64,000 nt of DNA from the human T2T-CHM13v2.0 reference genome, Homo sapiens. The position numbers and the translations under genes were made by a program. The DNA lies in assembly GCF_009914755.1 (NCBI RefSeq), contig NC_060929.1. One strand, 5' to 3'. Of this stretch, positions 52,366 to 64,000 are shown in pieces. Below the pieces are notes generated by a model. That model was not told the DNA's origin and ran no database searches. It was given only the letters and a program-made list of their open reading frames with translations. The first letter of the stretch is position 1. Every line of letters begins with the position of its first letter.

Positions 52366-52639
52366 ATTTTTATTTATGGCAGCAGTATAGTGTGGGGATT
52401 AAGAGAGCCACTCCAAAGTGAGACTACCTTGCCTTCGAATGTGACCTTTCTGTGTCAGTTTTTTCATATGGAAAATAGCAGAAAATTTTCTTTCTACCTA
52501 AAACACTTGTGGGAGGATGGAATTAGAAAGCAGATAGAAAGCAGACATAAAACAGTAAAAGCCATGTATGATACAGAGTAAGAAGTCTGTACATAAGTAT
52601 TGCTATTTCTTTAATTACTATTGAGATGGTACAGTTTTT

Positions 52640-53200
52640 CAGGTGCTTATTGAACATCTTAAATTTTTTATTCTTTTGTGACTTCTGTATTCATATGTGT
52701 TATTTGTTCTTTACGTATTGATACATGCGAACTATTTATAAAGGTTATCAACCCATTGTCAGATATTTTGCAATTCATTTTGTCTCTTTGTTGGCCTTTT
52801 GGTTTTATAAATGGTGGATTATTTTTTAACATACTTAATGTTTTAATTTTTGTGTAAGTCAATTATTAAAGATAATTATTTCAGTTAGTGAAGATAAATT
52901 CAATGTCTTCTCTTTTTTATTTCTTTCATTTCCCTCTATTGTTTTTATTTTTATAAAAATATTCTTGCTGTGAGGTCGGATAATAGTTACCTATAGTTTT
53001 ATTCTAGTTGTATTGTAATTTCACATTTTATGCTTAACTACTTAGTTCTGGAATTTAATTTTATATATGTTATGATATATTATCTATGTATTTTTTCCAT
53101 GGATTTTACAAATTGATTCAACATCATTAATTGAATAATTATTCCTTCCCTATTGATTTAAAATACCACTTTTATTGTACTTTAGATAATTTGGTTAAAT
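52640..53200 (-). mobile_element. Very old L1 (L1M5/ME-like) fragment
   Basis: Degraded antisense ORF2 motifs (caacatcattaattgaataattattccttccc...taccacttttattgta). Confidence 0.5.
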
Positions 53201-53338
53201 GGAATATGGCCTAAAAAATTTTTTTTAAAGCAAGGTTGTCAATATGACACTATTCTTTGGTCTGCAGTGTTGGTACTTTGGTGTAATATGAAGAATTTTG
53301 TGTTACTTTAAGAATTTTTGTCTATTTTTAGAACTTTA

Positions 53339-54636
<1,298 letters not shown>

Positions 54637-54654
54637 TATTTTTAGAACTTTAAA

Positions 54655-54770
54655 AAATTGTGGTAAAGAAACAGATAAAATTTACTCTCTTAACCATTTT
54701 TAAATGTACAGGTCAGTAGTATTAAGTTTCTTCACATTGTTCTGCAGAAGATCTCTGGAACCCTTTTTAT
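54655..54770 (-). mobile_element. L1MB/L1MA-type 3' end fragment
   Basis: ttgtggtaaag...aaaatttactctcttaaccatttttaaatgtacag...tcacattgtt. Confidence 0.65.
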
Positions 54771-55249
54771 AGTACTACAATACTGGCCAACAATATGTAT
54801 TTCACATTGTTATGTAACTATAACTGCATTTATAGTTCTCAGAAAAATTTTGTTTTCCTTTTGTATGTCACACATTTCTTATCAGGGTTACTTTTTCATA
54901 TTTAGTGGTGTTTTTGGGGTTTTGTTTTTAAATTTTGTAAATGGGTGCTTCTTCCCCCCTGCTTCCTTGTATTTTCTGATTTGTTTTTGCAAGTATGCAG
55001 AAAAGTTTTTTATTCTAATTGTTTTATAATTTCACCTTTTTATTCTTAACTACTTAATACTGGAATTCAGGGATATTTGTATTGTAGGGCAGTTTTCTAA
55101 ATATGGGACTTTATCTTACTTGAAATGGATCTTTTTCAAAATCACCATGTAGCAATAAAAATGGGTAATATAAATATGGAAAAAGTGAAGCAACATTATG
55201 AATGGATATAATCTAGAGAGAAAGGGGAGTTTTTTTAGGAACTGAAGAC

Positions 55250-55505
55250 TGTTCAAATCTCATTGTTACTCATTGAGATCTGCCTTGACTATGCTGTTTA
55301 AAATTGCAAACATTCACTTCTACTACTTGATTGTTTTGCCCTGCTCTCCTTTTTCCCCATAAACCTTGTTATTATCTAACATATAATTTACTCCCCCAGC
55401 CCTATTATCTGTTCCCACTAGAATTGAAGCTCCTTAGGTTGGGATTTTCACAACAGTTTCCTGGGACATACCAGGTGCTCTATAAATATTAGTTAAATGA
55501 ATAAA
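55250..55505 (+). mobile_element. L2 3' fragment
   Basis: tcccactagaattgaagctcc...ggtgctctataaatattagttaaatgaataaa. Confidence 0.65.
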
Positions 55506-55625
55506 ATTTCTAGTAAAATCAAGTATTTAAGTGGGAGTTTCTGGAAAAAAAAGACCTAATTGTCTGAGAGAGGGATTCTACTAGAGAATTTAAAAATTAG
55601 CCCAAACGAGGCCCTTTCTTCCCAG

Positions 55626-55677
55626 AAGGAATCTGTAGGTAAAATTCACGATAAGAAAACAGCCCTTCAGCTAAGAG
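55626..55677 (+). other. Candidate internal exon (52 nt)
   Basis: ccctttcttcccag|AAGG ... AAGAG|gtaagt consensus donor. Confidence 0.3.
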
Positions 55678-57480
55678 GTAAGTGATTTATACTTGAATAT
55701 GTGAGGAACAGGGAATGTCACCATTCATTCCCGGGCCTGTTTTCCTCTGTAGAGGTATTTTATTTCCCCCCAGAAATAGACAGCATATTGGCTTAAGCCC
55801 TTTTTAATTTTCCCTACAAAGCAGAGGTCATTTAAGCTATTGTTTTCTGTTTTTACGGATTATAAAAAGAGAGAAAGTTGGTTTGCTAGATTAGCGATTA
55901 ATATGGGGTGGTTCTATGTATTTTTCTTCTGTGATGCTGTAAATGAAAGGTCACCTGCCAAATTTCGGTTTGCCCTTGAGAGACCTGCGATCATTCCTTC
56001 TGCAGGCGGAATTGTGGAAAACACCTGAATGGCATTGTGCCGTCTTGGGGTTAGCCTGCTAGAGATCAAGTAAGCACCTCTTGGACCCCTGTTAGACAGA
56101 AAAAAAATTAAAGGAGAAAGCCTGCACCATAGAGAATTAAAAAGGAGGCGGGTGAGTTGCCTTTCTCCTCTCACCTCCCCACATGTATTTTTTTGAAGAG
56201 TTGATTTGTGTTCCCCTGTAATACTTGCATTTGCACTTCTGCATGGTCCTTGATTTTGCCCTATACTTGTATTTATATGTTTATATTCGTTCTATCTTCC
56301 CCATAAGATGGTAACATTGTCAAAGGCAAACAGTTTGTCTTTACTTTAAAATTGCCCAGAGCATTCTATATAGTATTTTAGACAAGGAGCATTCAATTAA
56401 TGTTTACCTGACAAGTAAACAAGGGGAAAAATTAAGGTTTCAGGAAGGAGACTGTAACATTACCAAAAATCATATTAAGGATTCAGAATAATCAAAACTG
56501 GCATTTGGTCTCCCTGGCATTTAGAATGAAATAAAAACTAGACCCCATATGATGGATAAAATGAATCATGGGACTGCTCAAGTAGATTATTATTATTGTT
56601 TTCCTTCCAAAGCCTGGTCTGTGGCATTTTGTTCCAGAGGAAACTTGAGAGCTGTGGTGATTAAATCTTACCAAATTAGAAACCTCTGAAATGAGTCATT
56701 TTTATTTTCATTCACTTCGTTTTTACATGGAAGATTGCATAGACAAGCAACCAAATGAACGAAGCTTAGTTTTCTGGTGGGTTGGTGATGACAGTTTTCT
56801 CAGTTTGTAGTTGTCGTGGTTCCCATGGTAATATTTTATATGTAGATGCTATACAGGTCAGGTTTACCCGTTTGTGTTTTTGGAGGGAATACTTTGTGTG
56901 CATTTGAATCAGGCAGTCCTTAATTCTCAGAGATCTACTAATAGTATGAATATAAGATCAGAATAGAATAGAATTATCTGTTGTGGAAAACTCCTTGGAT
57001 TTGCCGTCAGAAAACCTGATGGGCTTCTCTCTGTGCCTCTAACTTGTCTTCTGCAAAGTGAAGGAATTGAGTGAGGTACTTTATAATACAAAGATTCTCA
57101 ACCCTATTGGATCCAGTGTCTCCTTTTTCATAGCATATGTTTTGCAGTGCCCTCTTTATTACCAAGAAATGAAATTTATGTGTAATATAACCTGCCTAAG
57201 TGTGTAATTCAAAAATATGCATATATATGTGTGTGTATATATATGTGTATATATATATATGTATATATATAATTCCTAACTTTAATATAAAAGAGCAATA
57301 CAGGAATAAGTAATTTATAATAAGATAATGTGTATTTCATTCAATATGTAAATGTTTAGTTATGATTACACCATAAGACCTAATGAAGTGTTCAAAAGCT
57401 TGATCCTATATGTAGAATAACAGTATGTGTGACAGCTACAAATGCAGATTGATGTCTTTGTTATATTGACCACTCAGATA

Positions 57481-57890
57481 AAGTATTCCCCCCCTTATCT
57501 GTGGTTTCATTTACTGTGATGGTTAATACGTGTGTCAACCTGATTGAACTGAAGGATGCAAAGTATTGTTCCTGTGAGGGTGTTGCCAAAGGAGATTAAC
57601 ATTTGAGTCAGTGGGCTGGGGAAGGCAGACCCACCCTTAATCTGGTGGGCACAATCTAATCAGCGGACAGTGAATATAAAGCAGGCAGAAAAATGTGAAG
57701 AGGTGAGACTGGCCTAACCTCCCAGCCTACATTTTTCTCCCATGCTGGATGCTGGATGTTTCCTGCCCTCAAACATCAGACTCCAAGTTCTTCAGTTTTG
57801 AGACTTGGACTGGCTCTCAATGCTCCTCAGCCTGCAGACGGCCTATTGTGGGACCTTGTGATCATGTAAGTTAATACTTAATAAACTCCC

Positions 57891-57957
<67 letters not shown>

Positions 57958-58323
57958 TATATATATGTATATATCTCCTAATAGTTCTGACCCTCTAGGG
58001 AATCCTAATATAGTTACCCTTGGTCAACTATGGTCCAAAAATTTGGAGAGTTCCAGAAACAAATAATTTATAAGTTTTTAATTGTACACCATTCTGAATA
58101 GCATGATGAAAACGTGTGCCCCCTGCTCCATCCAACCCAGGATGTGAATTATTTCTTTGTCCACTGTATCCACATTACATATGCTACCCACCTCACCTGT
58201 TAGCCATCTGGGTTATCAAATTTTAAAAGAACATAGCATATATAGGATTCAGCACTATCCACAGTTTTAAGCATTTACTGGGAGTGTTGGAAGATATGCC
58301 CTGAGGATCAGGGAAGACTACTG
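57481..58323. mobile_element. MER44A-like Tigger element, split by an LTR
   Basis: agtattccccccttatctgtggtttc | gttacccttggtcaactatggtccaaaa...ggatcagggaagactactg; TA on both flanks. Confidence 0.8.
57515..58012 (+). mobile_element. MLT2A (HERVL) solo LTR with internal (TA)n(CA)n
   Basis: tgtgatggttaatac...ttgccaaaggagattaacatttgagtcagtgggctggggaaggcagacccaccc...cctaatata; near-TSD tttac/gttac. Confidence 0.92.
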
Positions 58324-58747
58324 TACCACCATTGGCATTGTTGTTGGTGATGTGATTTTTCCAAAATGATGAGCAATTCTTGGCAAAATTTCAAATAAAA
58401 CTAAATATTGTCTTTCTTGATTCATGTAGTAACTTCATTTCTAAACATAAGGGGTTTTAAACCATGTAAAAAATACCTGTGTTTTTATGTAAAATGGATT
58501 TGGGTCGTAAGCTTAGCTCATCATAAAGACATTTATTACCTATGTGATTTGTAGGACATTTGAGAGTTAAGTAGGATGTGGTGCCGTACTTCATTAAAAA
58601 AAGGTCGTGCACATTGCATGATGTACCTCCGGACTGAACTCCTGCCTACTCTTGCTGGCAGCTCTCCCCACACCAGCCCTGACAACCAGATTTCTGAATC
58701 TCACACTAGGGGGCAGTACTGCATCCCATGAAAAATCATTGCTCTAA

Positions 58748-58785
58748 GGCAGGTTTCTTAACCTCAGCACCTTTTTCTTTCTTTC

Positions 58786-58848
<63 letters not shown>

Positions 58849-58855
58849 CTGTCTT

Positions 58856-58886
<31 letters not shown>

Positions 58887-59078
58887 CCTTTCATATTTTG
58901 GGTCAGGTAATTCTTTGTTGTGGGGGCTGTCCTGTGCATTGGAGGCTGTTTAGCAGCATCTCTGGCTTCTACCCCCTGGATGTCAGTGTACTCCTCAAGT
59001 TGTGATAACCAAAAATGACTCCAGATGTTGCCAAATGTCTCCTGGAGGGTAAAGTTGCCCCAGGTTTAAAAGCACTAC
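58748..59078. mobile_element. MER20 hAT element containing a (TTTC)n expansion
   Basis: taattctttgttgtgggggctgtcctgtgcatt...gtgataaccaaaaatgactccagatgttgccaaatgtc. Confidence 0.88.
58772..58888. repeat. (TTTC)n/(TC)n microsatellite
   Basis: Long ctttctttcttt run. Confidence 0.96.
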
Positions 59079-59799
59079 TCTGAGATCTCTATCAGCTCCA
59101 AAAATCTGTCATGAGAATGATACAGTATTCATTAATATGCAAACATTGCATACAATACTTGTAGATATTGCTAACATTTTTGGGCCAGGTGAAGCCAGTA
59201 AGAAAAGCTTTTAATAATTACTCATTTTTTTGGGTCATTTAACACTGGGATTATATTATTGCCTGGCTTTAGAAGGGTTGAAATTATGTACAGTATAGGG
59301 TGATAAATTTTGTAGTATGAGAGCATAGGAGAACTAGAATTTCAAGAAAGACTATTCCAAGAAGGTCCTTTGGCAAGTAAGAGTTCATTGAATTCCTTTC
59401 TGACAAGTTTGACATTCATGTTAAAGGTTACAAAATCAGAATTTTAGTTTTGTAAGAAGTAATAGAAATTCAGTGGGTACCTTCTCATTTTACAAGTGAG
59501 TAAAAACCTAAATGCTAAAGTGCAGTTCACAGTTTAGTTGTGAATCAGGACTTTAATGCATGGCTTTGGTGTCCCCTGTGCTGTTCCTTTTACCACATTA
59601 CAGTGCTGCTCAGCCAGGCTATATTTATAAAATATTTTTAGCTTTCTGCAAGCTCTAAGTCTTGATAGGAAATAAAAGACAAAATAACATTTTTCTTTAA
59701 AACCTTGATCTTTAGAATGCATGCCAGGAAAAATAAGTGAGAAGGTCAGTTATTATATACAGGGACTTGCATTCATAGATTAAGCCCAGAAATATTTTT

Positions 59800-60050
59800 A
59801 ATACTAATGTAATAACAACAATTTACATGGTGCTTCTTGTGGATTAGCCGTGCTCTTCTAAGAACTACACGTTTTTAATGCTTATAACAACCCTATGAAA
59901 ACAGATACTGTTATAATCATCTCCCTTATGTAAATGAGGCATCAGGAACTTAAAAAAGCTTGCCCAAGGTCGTAAGGGTAAGTGGCTGGTCTGCGATCTG
60001 AAAACAGCCAGTCTGCAGTCCACATCCGTGTTCTTGTCCACTACTTACTC
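59800..60050 (-). mobile_element. MIR SINE
   Basis: ataacaaccctatgaaa...aaatgaggcatcagg...cttgcccaaggtcgt. Confidence 0.75.
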
Positions 60051-60717
60051 CAGCCTTAAACTTTGAACTGAATAAGGATGGATTGGTTTTGTATCCTTGC
60101 TCATGAAATGGATATTCCTAGGAGCTCAACATTTGGAGAATTTCAAACCTGAACACTTTAGAACACATTATGTTTTCTTCAAAGAGTAAATCATACCTCA
60201 CACTTCTCCAACATTTACACCAAAGGTGAATTTGCTCTTTATAGGATATAAGAGCTTCTTTCATCTTGTCCATATCTGAAGCACTTAAAGCAGAACTCTG
60301 GTATGAAGTTCATAGCTGGAACGAATCCAGATCTAAATTGAAAGGATTATACAAAGTCATCTTCCTTGTTTGTTTCACCCTTTGTTTTTTCCCCAGAGGA
60401 AGGAGAGAAGATTTTGAAATCCTTTATTGCAAAATGAGTTTGAAATAGATACAAATAATAAATATGATTGACAGCTATAGAGGAGAAGGAAAAAACTTGG
60501 CTCTTGTTTTAGAAAGATACTTGAAAGGAAAACATCTATGTTTATTGAGAAGTGAGAAGTACATGCAAATCTTTCAAACATAATATTTGAAAGTGAAAAT
60601 CACGTCATAGGATTTAGAGATATTCCCAAAGTCAATATTTGGTTCTTAAGTTCCAGGTAGTGGAAAAGTCAGAATCAGTTAAGTACCCAGAGCATTTGCT
60701 CCCTTCCTTTCTCCATT

Positions 60718-60774
<57 letters not shown>
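60718..60774. repeat. Compound (TC)n(TG)n microsatellite
   Basis: tctctctc...tgtgtgtg. Confidence 0.96.
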
Positions 60775-60777
<3 letters not shown>

Positions 60778-61173
60778 TTTATTTATTACTGGTGAAACTG
60801 GTACAGGCAACATGTTGGCTTTTTTGTCAATCAGTTTTTTTTTTTGAGAAATTTTGCTTTTGTGAAAAATCTGCCTTTTCAAAGTTTTCTTTCCTTCTAT
60901 TATACTCCCCATATTTTTGGTGTATCTGAGATGCTAATGGCCCTTCATTTTCAAGTTTTTATTTCCCAGTTGGCAGTACCACTTTTACACTTTGAAGATG
61001 GAAACTTGGCAGGAAAATTGTATGTCAGGGTGTATTTCTGTGTGGGGTTGCAAGGGCAGGAAAGAAAAAAACTCAAATAAGAGGTATTTTCATTGAGTAT
61101 GACCTTAGCTGGTGGCATATATAATTACCCAGTTATTTCTCTCATGAAATGAATGTTTATATTTGTTGTCATG

Positions 61174-61335
61174 ACCAGGATCAGCTACACAGTTTGTGGG
61201 GCCCAGTTCAAAATGAAAATGTGGGTGTATTACCAGATTTAGCAAAAAAAAAAAAAAATAGAGATGCCCAGTTAAATTTGAATTTCAAATAAACAATAAA
61301 TAATTTTGATTATGTCCAGAATATCCTGGGACAAA
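61174..61335. mobile_element. MER45-like terminus followed by a MER53-like fragment
   Basis: gtggggcccagttcaaaatgaaaatgtggg; ttaccagatttagcaaa...atgcccagttaaatttgaatttcaaataaacaa. Confidence 0.7.
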
Positions 61336-61915
61336 TATGATTCAGTTTTCTATCACCATAAATTAGTTTAAATGACCATTGCTTAGATCTGTCTTCAATT
61401 TCAGTGAAAGCAAAGGTTAAAACTCATCTGAGTTGCAATAGAAGGTGTTGCCTAGAATCATTGATTTTTTCAATACCAACACCAGTATTTGGAATCATCC
61501 CTTTATTTGGTCCCCACTGAAGTTTTCCCACCGTAAGACAAGGTTCATAGTAAAACTAAGCCTGAAGGCCTGGGTGGGAGAAAATAATTTGCAGATTCCA
61601 AATTCAGTCTCAGTACAATTTTAGGAACGAATATATATGAAGACCAAAGATCTAGAAATTAATTCTCTTTAAACTACCTCTGTGCCAGTTTGCATACTGG
61701 AATGTCTTTGAGTATCCCTTGGGATGTGCATGCAGCAGTATGAGGGCCACTTAACTAGAATGGAAAAGGGGAAGATGAATAGAACCCAGCGCCTGCCGTC
61801 AGGGAGCATACCAGCTGGAGGGTGACAGCCTCAGGAAGACCTAATTGTAGAACACTTGAATGGTTTCCCTCTCCTCTTGGATCAAGTTCAAAATTCTTCA
61901 TGATCTACCCCCATC

Positions 61916-62203
61916 TTTTTTTTTTTGAGGTGGAGTCGCGCTCTGTCACCCAGGCTGGAGTGCAGTGGCGCAATCTCGGCTCACTGCAAGCTCCGCCTCC
62001 AGGGTTCACGCCATTCTGCCTCAGCCTCCCAAGTAGCTGGGACTAAAGGCGCCCGCCACCACGCCCAGCTAATATTTTGCATTTTTAGTAGAGATGGGGT
62101 TTCACCGTGTTAGCCAGTATGTTCTCGATCTCCTGACCTTGTGATCCGCCCGCCTCAGACTCCCAAAGTGCTGGGATTACAGGCGTGAGCCACCGCGCCC
62201 GGC
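61916..62203 (-). mobile_element. AluY
   Basis: Y-type ctgcaagctccgcctcc, ttcacgccattc, caccgtgttagcca; TSD tgatctacccccatct. Confidence 0.95.
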
Positions 62204-62239
62204 TGATCTACCCCCATCTTTCTCTCTGTTCTTACCTGG

Positions 62240-62700
62240 TGCTCCTCTTCTCCCTGTGTAACCTCTAAGCTCCAATCATACCAGCCTTTCTGTCCCTAGC
62301 ACACCTAAGCTGCTCCTGCCTATGTGCTATTGGGTCAAGCTGTTTTGGTGGGCTAGAATGCGCTTTTCAGTTTCCCCCCTTGCACCCACACACCTTAGAT
62401 TTCAGGTTTCCTTGGCACCGTAAGCTTGGAAAAATTTAGGTATCACTGTTGTAAGCTCTCATATGACCCTGTCCTCCTCCTTGTACAGTACTTATTACAA
62501 AAGTCACTAACGTTTGGTATTCATTACCTTAAACTCTGATTACTTTTGTGCTGTTCACTTTCTGAGGACAGGTACCGTCTCTGTCTTATCTAACCAGATA
62601 TTCCCAGCAGAGAATGTAGCCTCTTCCATATTAAGGGTGAGTCATACATATATGTAGAATTGAATTAAAAATATACTCAACGTATTTGTTGAATTGAATT
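62240..62700 (+). mobile_element. L2 3' region
   Basis: ctccaatcataccagcctttct...ctagaatgcgcttt...tatttgttgaattgaatt. Confidence 0.6.
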
Positions 62701-62934
62701 GATGTTAACATTTATGTGAAACATGACTTTGTGTCAGTCACTGGCGGGCATTTACTATATATTATCTCATTTAATTCACACAAAATCATTTGGGAATACA
62801 TGCTTTTAGATAGGCAAACTTTATTATTGTTGTTATTCGTTTACTAGGAATTTTTAGGCAAAGCAAGTGCATAAACACCAGGTGAGTGGTCTTAAATGCC
62901 ATGTTAAGGATTTGGAACTTTTTACTAAACACCA

Positions 62935-63358
62935 GTGATTCTCCATACTTTAGGAAATCAGAATCACCTGGAGGATTAAAAACAACAAAAAAGCAATGCC
63001 CGCATATAATTGGTTTAGGATTCAGCAAGTCATTTTATAAAACTTCCCCAAATAGACTTTTTTGTTGTTGTTCTTTGTTTTTTTATACTTTAAGTTCTGG
63101 GATTCATGTGCAGAACATGCAGGTTTGTTACATAGGTATCCCAAGTAGTTTTAATGCACAGCACTGATTGGGACACTAAAAAGTAGTGATGCTAGCCCAG
63201 CAGCATTAACACCACCTGTGAACTAGTAAGAAATGCAGATATCTGGGCCCCTTCCCAGTTTCACTTAATAAGAAAAGGGAGGGGGGAGTCCCCAGCAATC
63301 TGTATCTTAGCAAGCCTTTCAAATGAATCTCATGCCCTTTAAAGTTTGAGAACCTCTG
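62935..63358. mobile_element. Two adjacent MER5A-like elements, the first interrupted by an L1 stub
   Basis: atcagaatcacctggagg; cagcagcattaacaccacctgtgaactagtaagaaatgcagat...aaagtttgagaacctctg. Confidence 0.7.
63058..63139 (-). mobile_element. L1PA 3'-terminal stub (~80 bp)
   Basis: ttatactttaagttctgggattcatgtgcagaacatgcaggtttgttacataggtat; near-TSD cccaaatag/cccaagtag. Confidence 0.85.
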
Positions 63359-63499
63359 TTATAAACAATTGGAAACTTAAAAAGCTTTGTACTTTTGTGT
63401 TTTACAAAAGAACTTTGGTAGATACGTGGGAGACTGAATAAATAAGGGACAAACCAGAGGGTAAGGCAACCTGTTAGAGCTGTTACCTTTAGAAGTATC

Positions 63500-63870
63500 A
63501 TGTGGAGGTAAGAAGATGGCAATAAGAACTAGAGTGGTGGTTATAGGAAGGAAGGAAGGTGGTGGGATCAGGAGATGTTTCAAAAACAGAAATGGTGAAA
63601 TATGGTGACTGATTGGCTTGAAGAGGTTGAGGGAGAGAGTGAGGTCAAAGAAAATATAATTTCTTTCTGAGTTAGTTAAGTGACATCATGAAACAAGGCA
63701 GAAATGTGTTTAGAAAGTGTAAGTTGGGGGAAACCATAAAAGTATTGAATATAAGGTGTCTTCAAGCATCTAGTAAGAGATGTTTTTGTCTCGTTGGAAA
63801 TTTGGTTTCTGGAACTTTGGAAACAAATGGGGAGTAAGGAGTGGTGTTGGAAGTTCTCACCATTGTATTT
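63500..63870 (-). mobile_element. L2 fragment
   Basis: atggtgactgattgg...gagggagagagtgaggtcaaag purine-rich L2 motifs. Confidence 0.5.
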
Positions 63871-64000
63871 AACTTTTTAAAAATCATTCAAGTGGTTATA
63901 TATGTACTAAATTATTTTTTTAACATGTTCGTTTTATTTCAAATTGAGCCAAAGATGTTGAACTTTACACAAACTATAATCTCTTACATTGGATCATTTA

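Larger units (their letters stand above)
57089..58741. mobile_element. MER20B-like hAT element (host of nested insertions)
   Basis: ttctcaaccctattggatccag...gacagctacaaatgcagattg / ggtgatgtgatttttccaaaatg...ctagggggcagtactgc. Confidence 0.7.

Noticed and set aside
58728-58939. KERK-rich and FLSF-rich ORFs (also the poly-Phe ORFs at 44830-45088)
   Set aside because: Translations of microsatellite and homopolymer tracts

Overview
Primate (ape/human-like) genomic DNA: AluY/AluS/AluJ, L1PA, THE1 and an ERV9 LTR12 solo LTR are present. The window is AT-rich and CpG-depleted except for one central CpG island (~32.3-34.2 kb). The island looks like a bidirectional promoter with non-coding 5' exons, followed on the + strand by >30 kb of apparent intron. 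I could not recognise any protein-coding exon or name the gene(s); the ORF track is explained by repeats, GC-rich sequence and chance. Much of the window is interspersed repeat (L1, L2, MIR, Alu, MaLR/ERV LTRs, hAT and Tigger DNA elements). Most notable observations: (1) an old ~0.9 kb inverted repeat pair (~19.85-20.76 kb vs ~28.06-28.92 kb; 81/120 ungapped identities in the hand-aligned core) that I cannot assign to a known repeat family; (2) a sense-oriented LTR12 with 7 CCAAT boxes ~1 kb upstream of the island, which itself contains a strong internal 3' splice site; (3) L1 orientation flips at the island, suggesting long divergent transcription units. Repeat subfamily calls come from remembered consensus sequences and boundaries of old repeats are approximate. 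I see no evidence for a novel multi-gene system.
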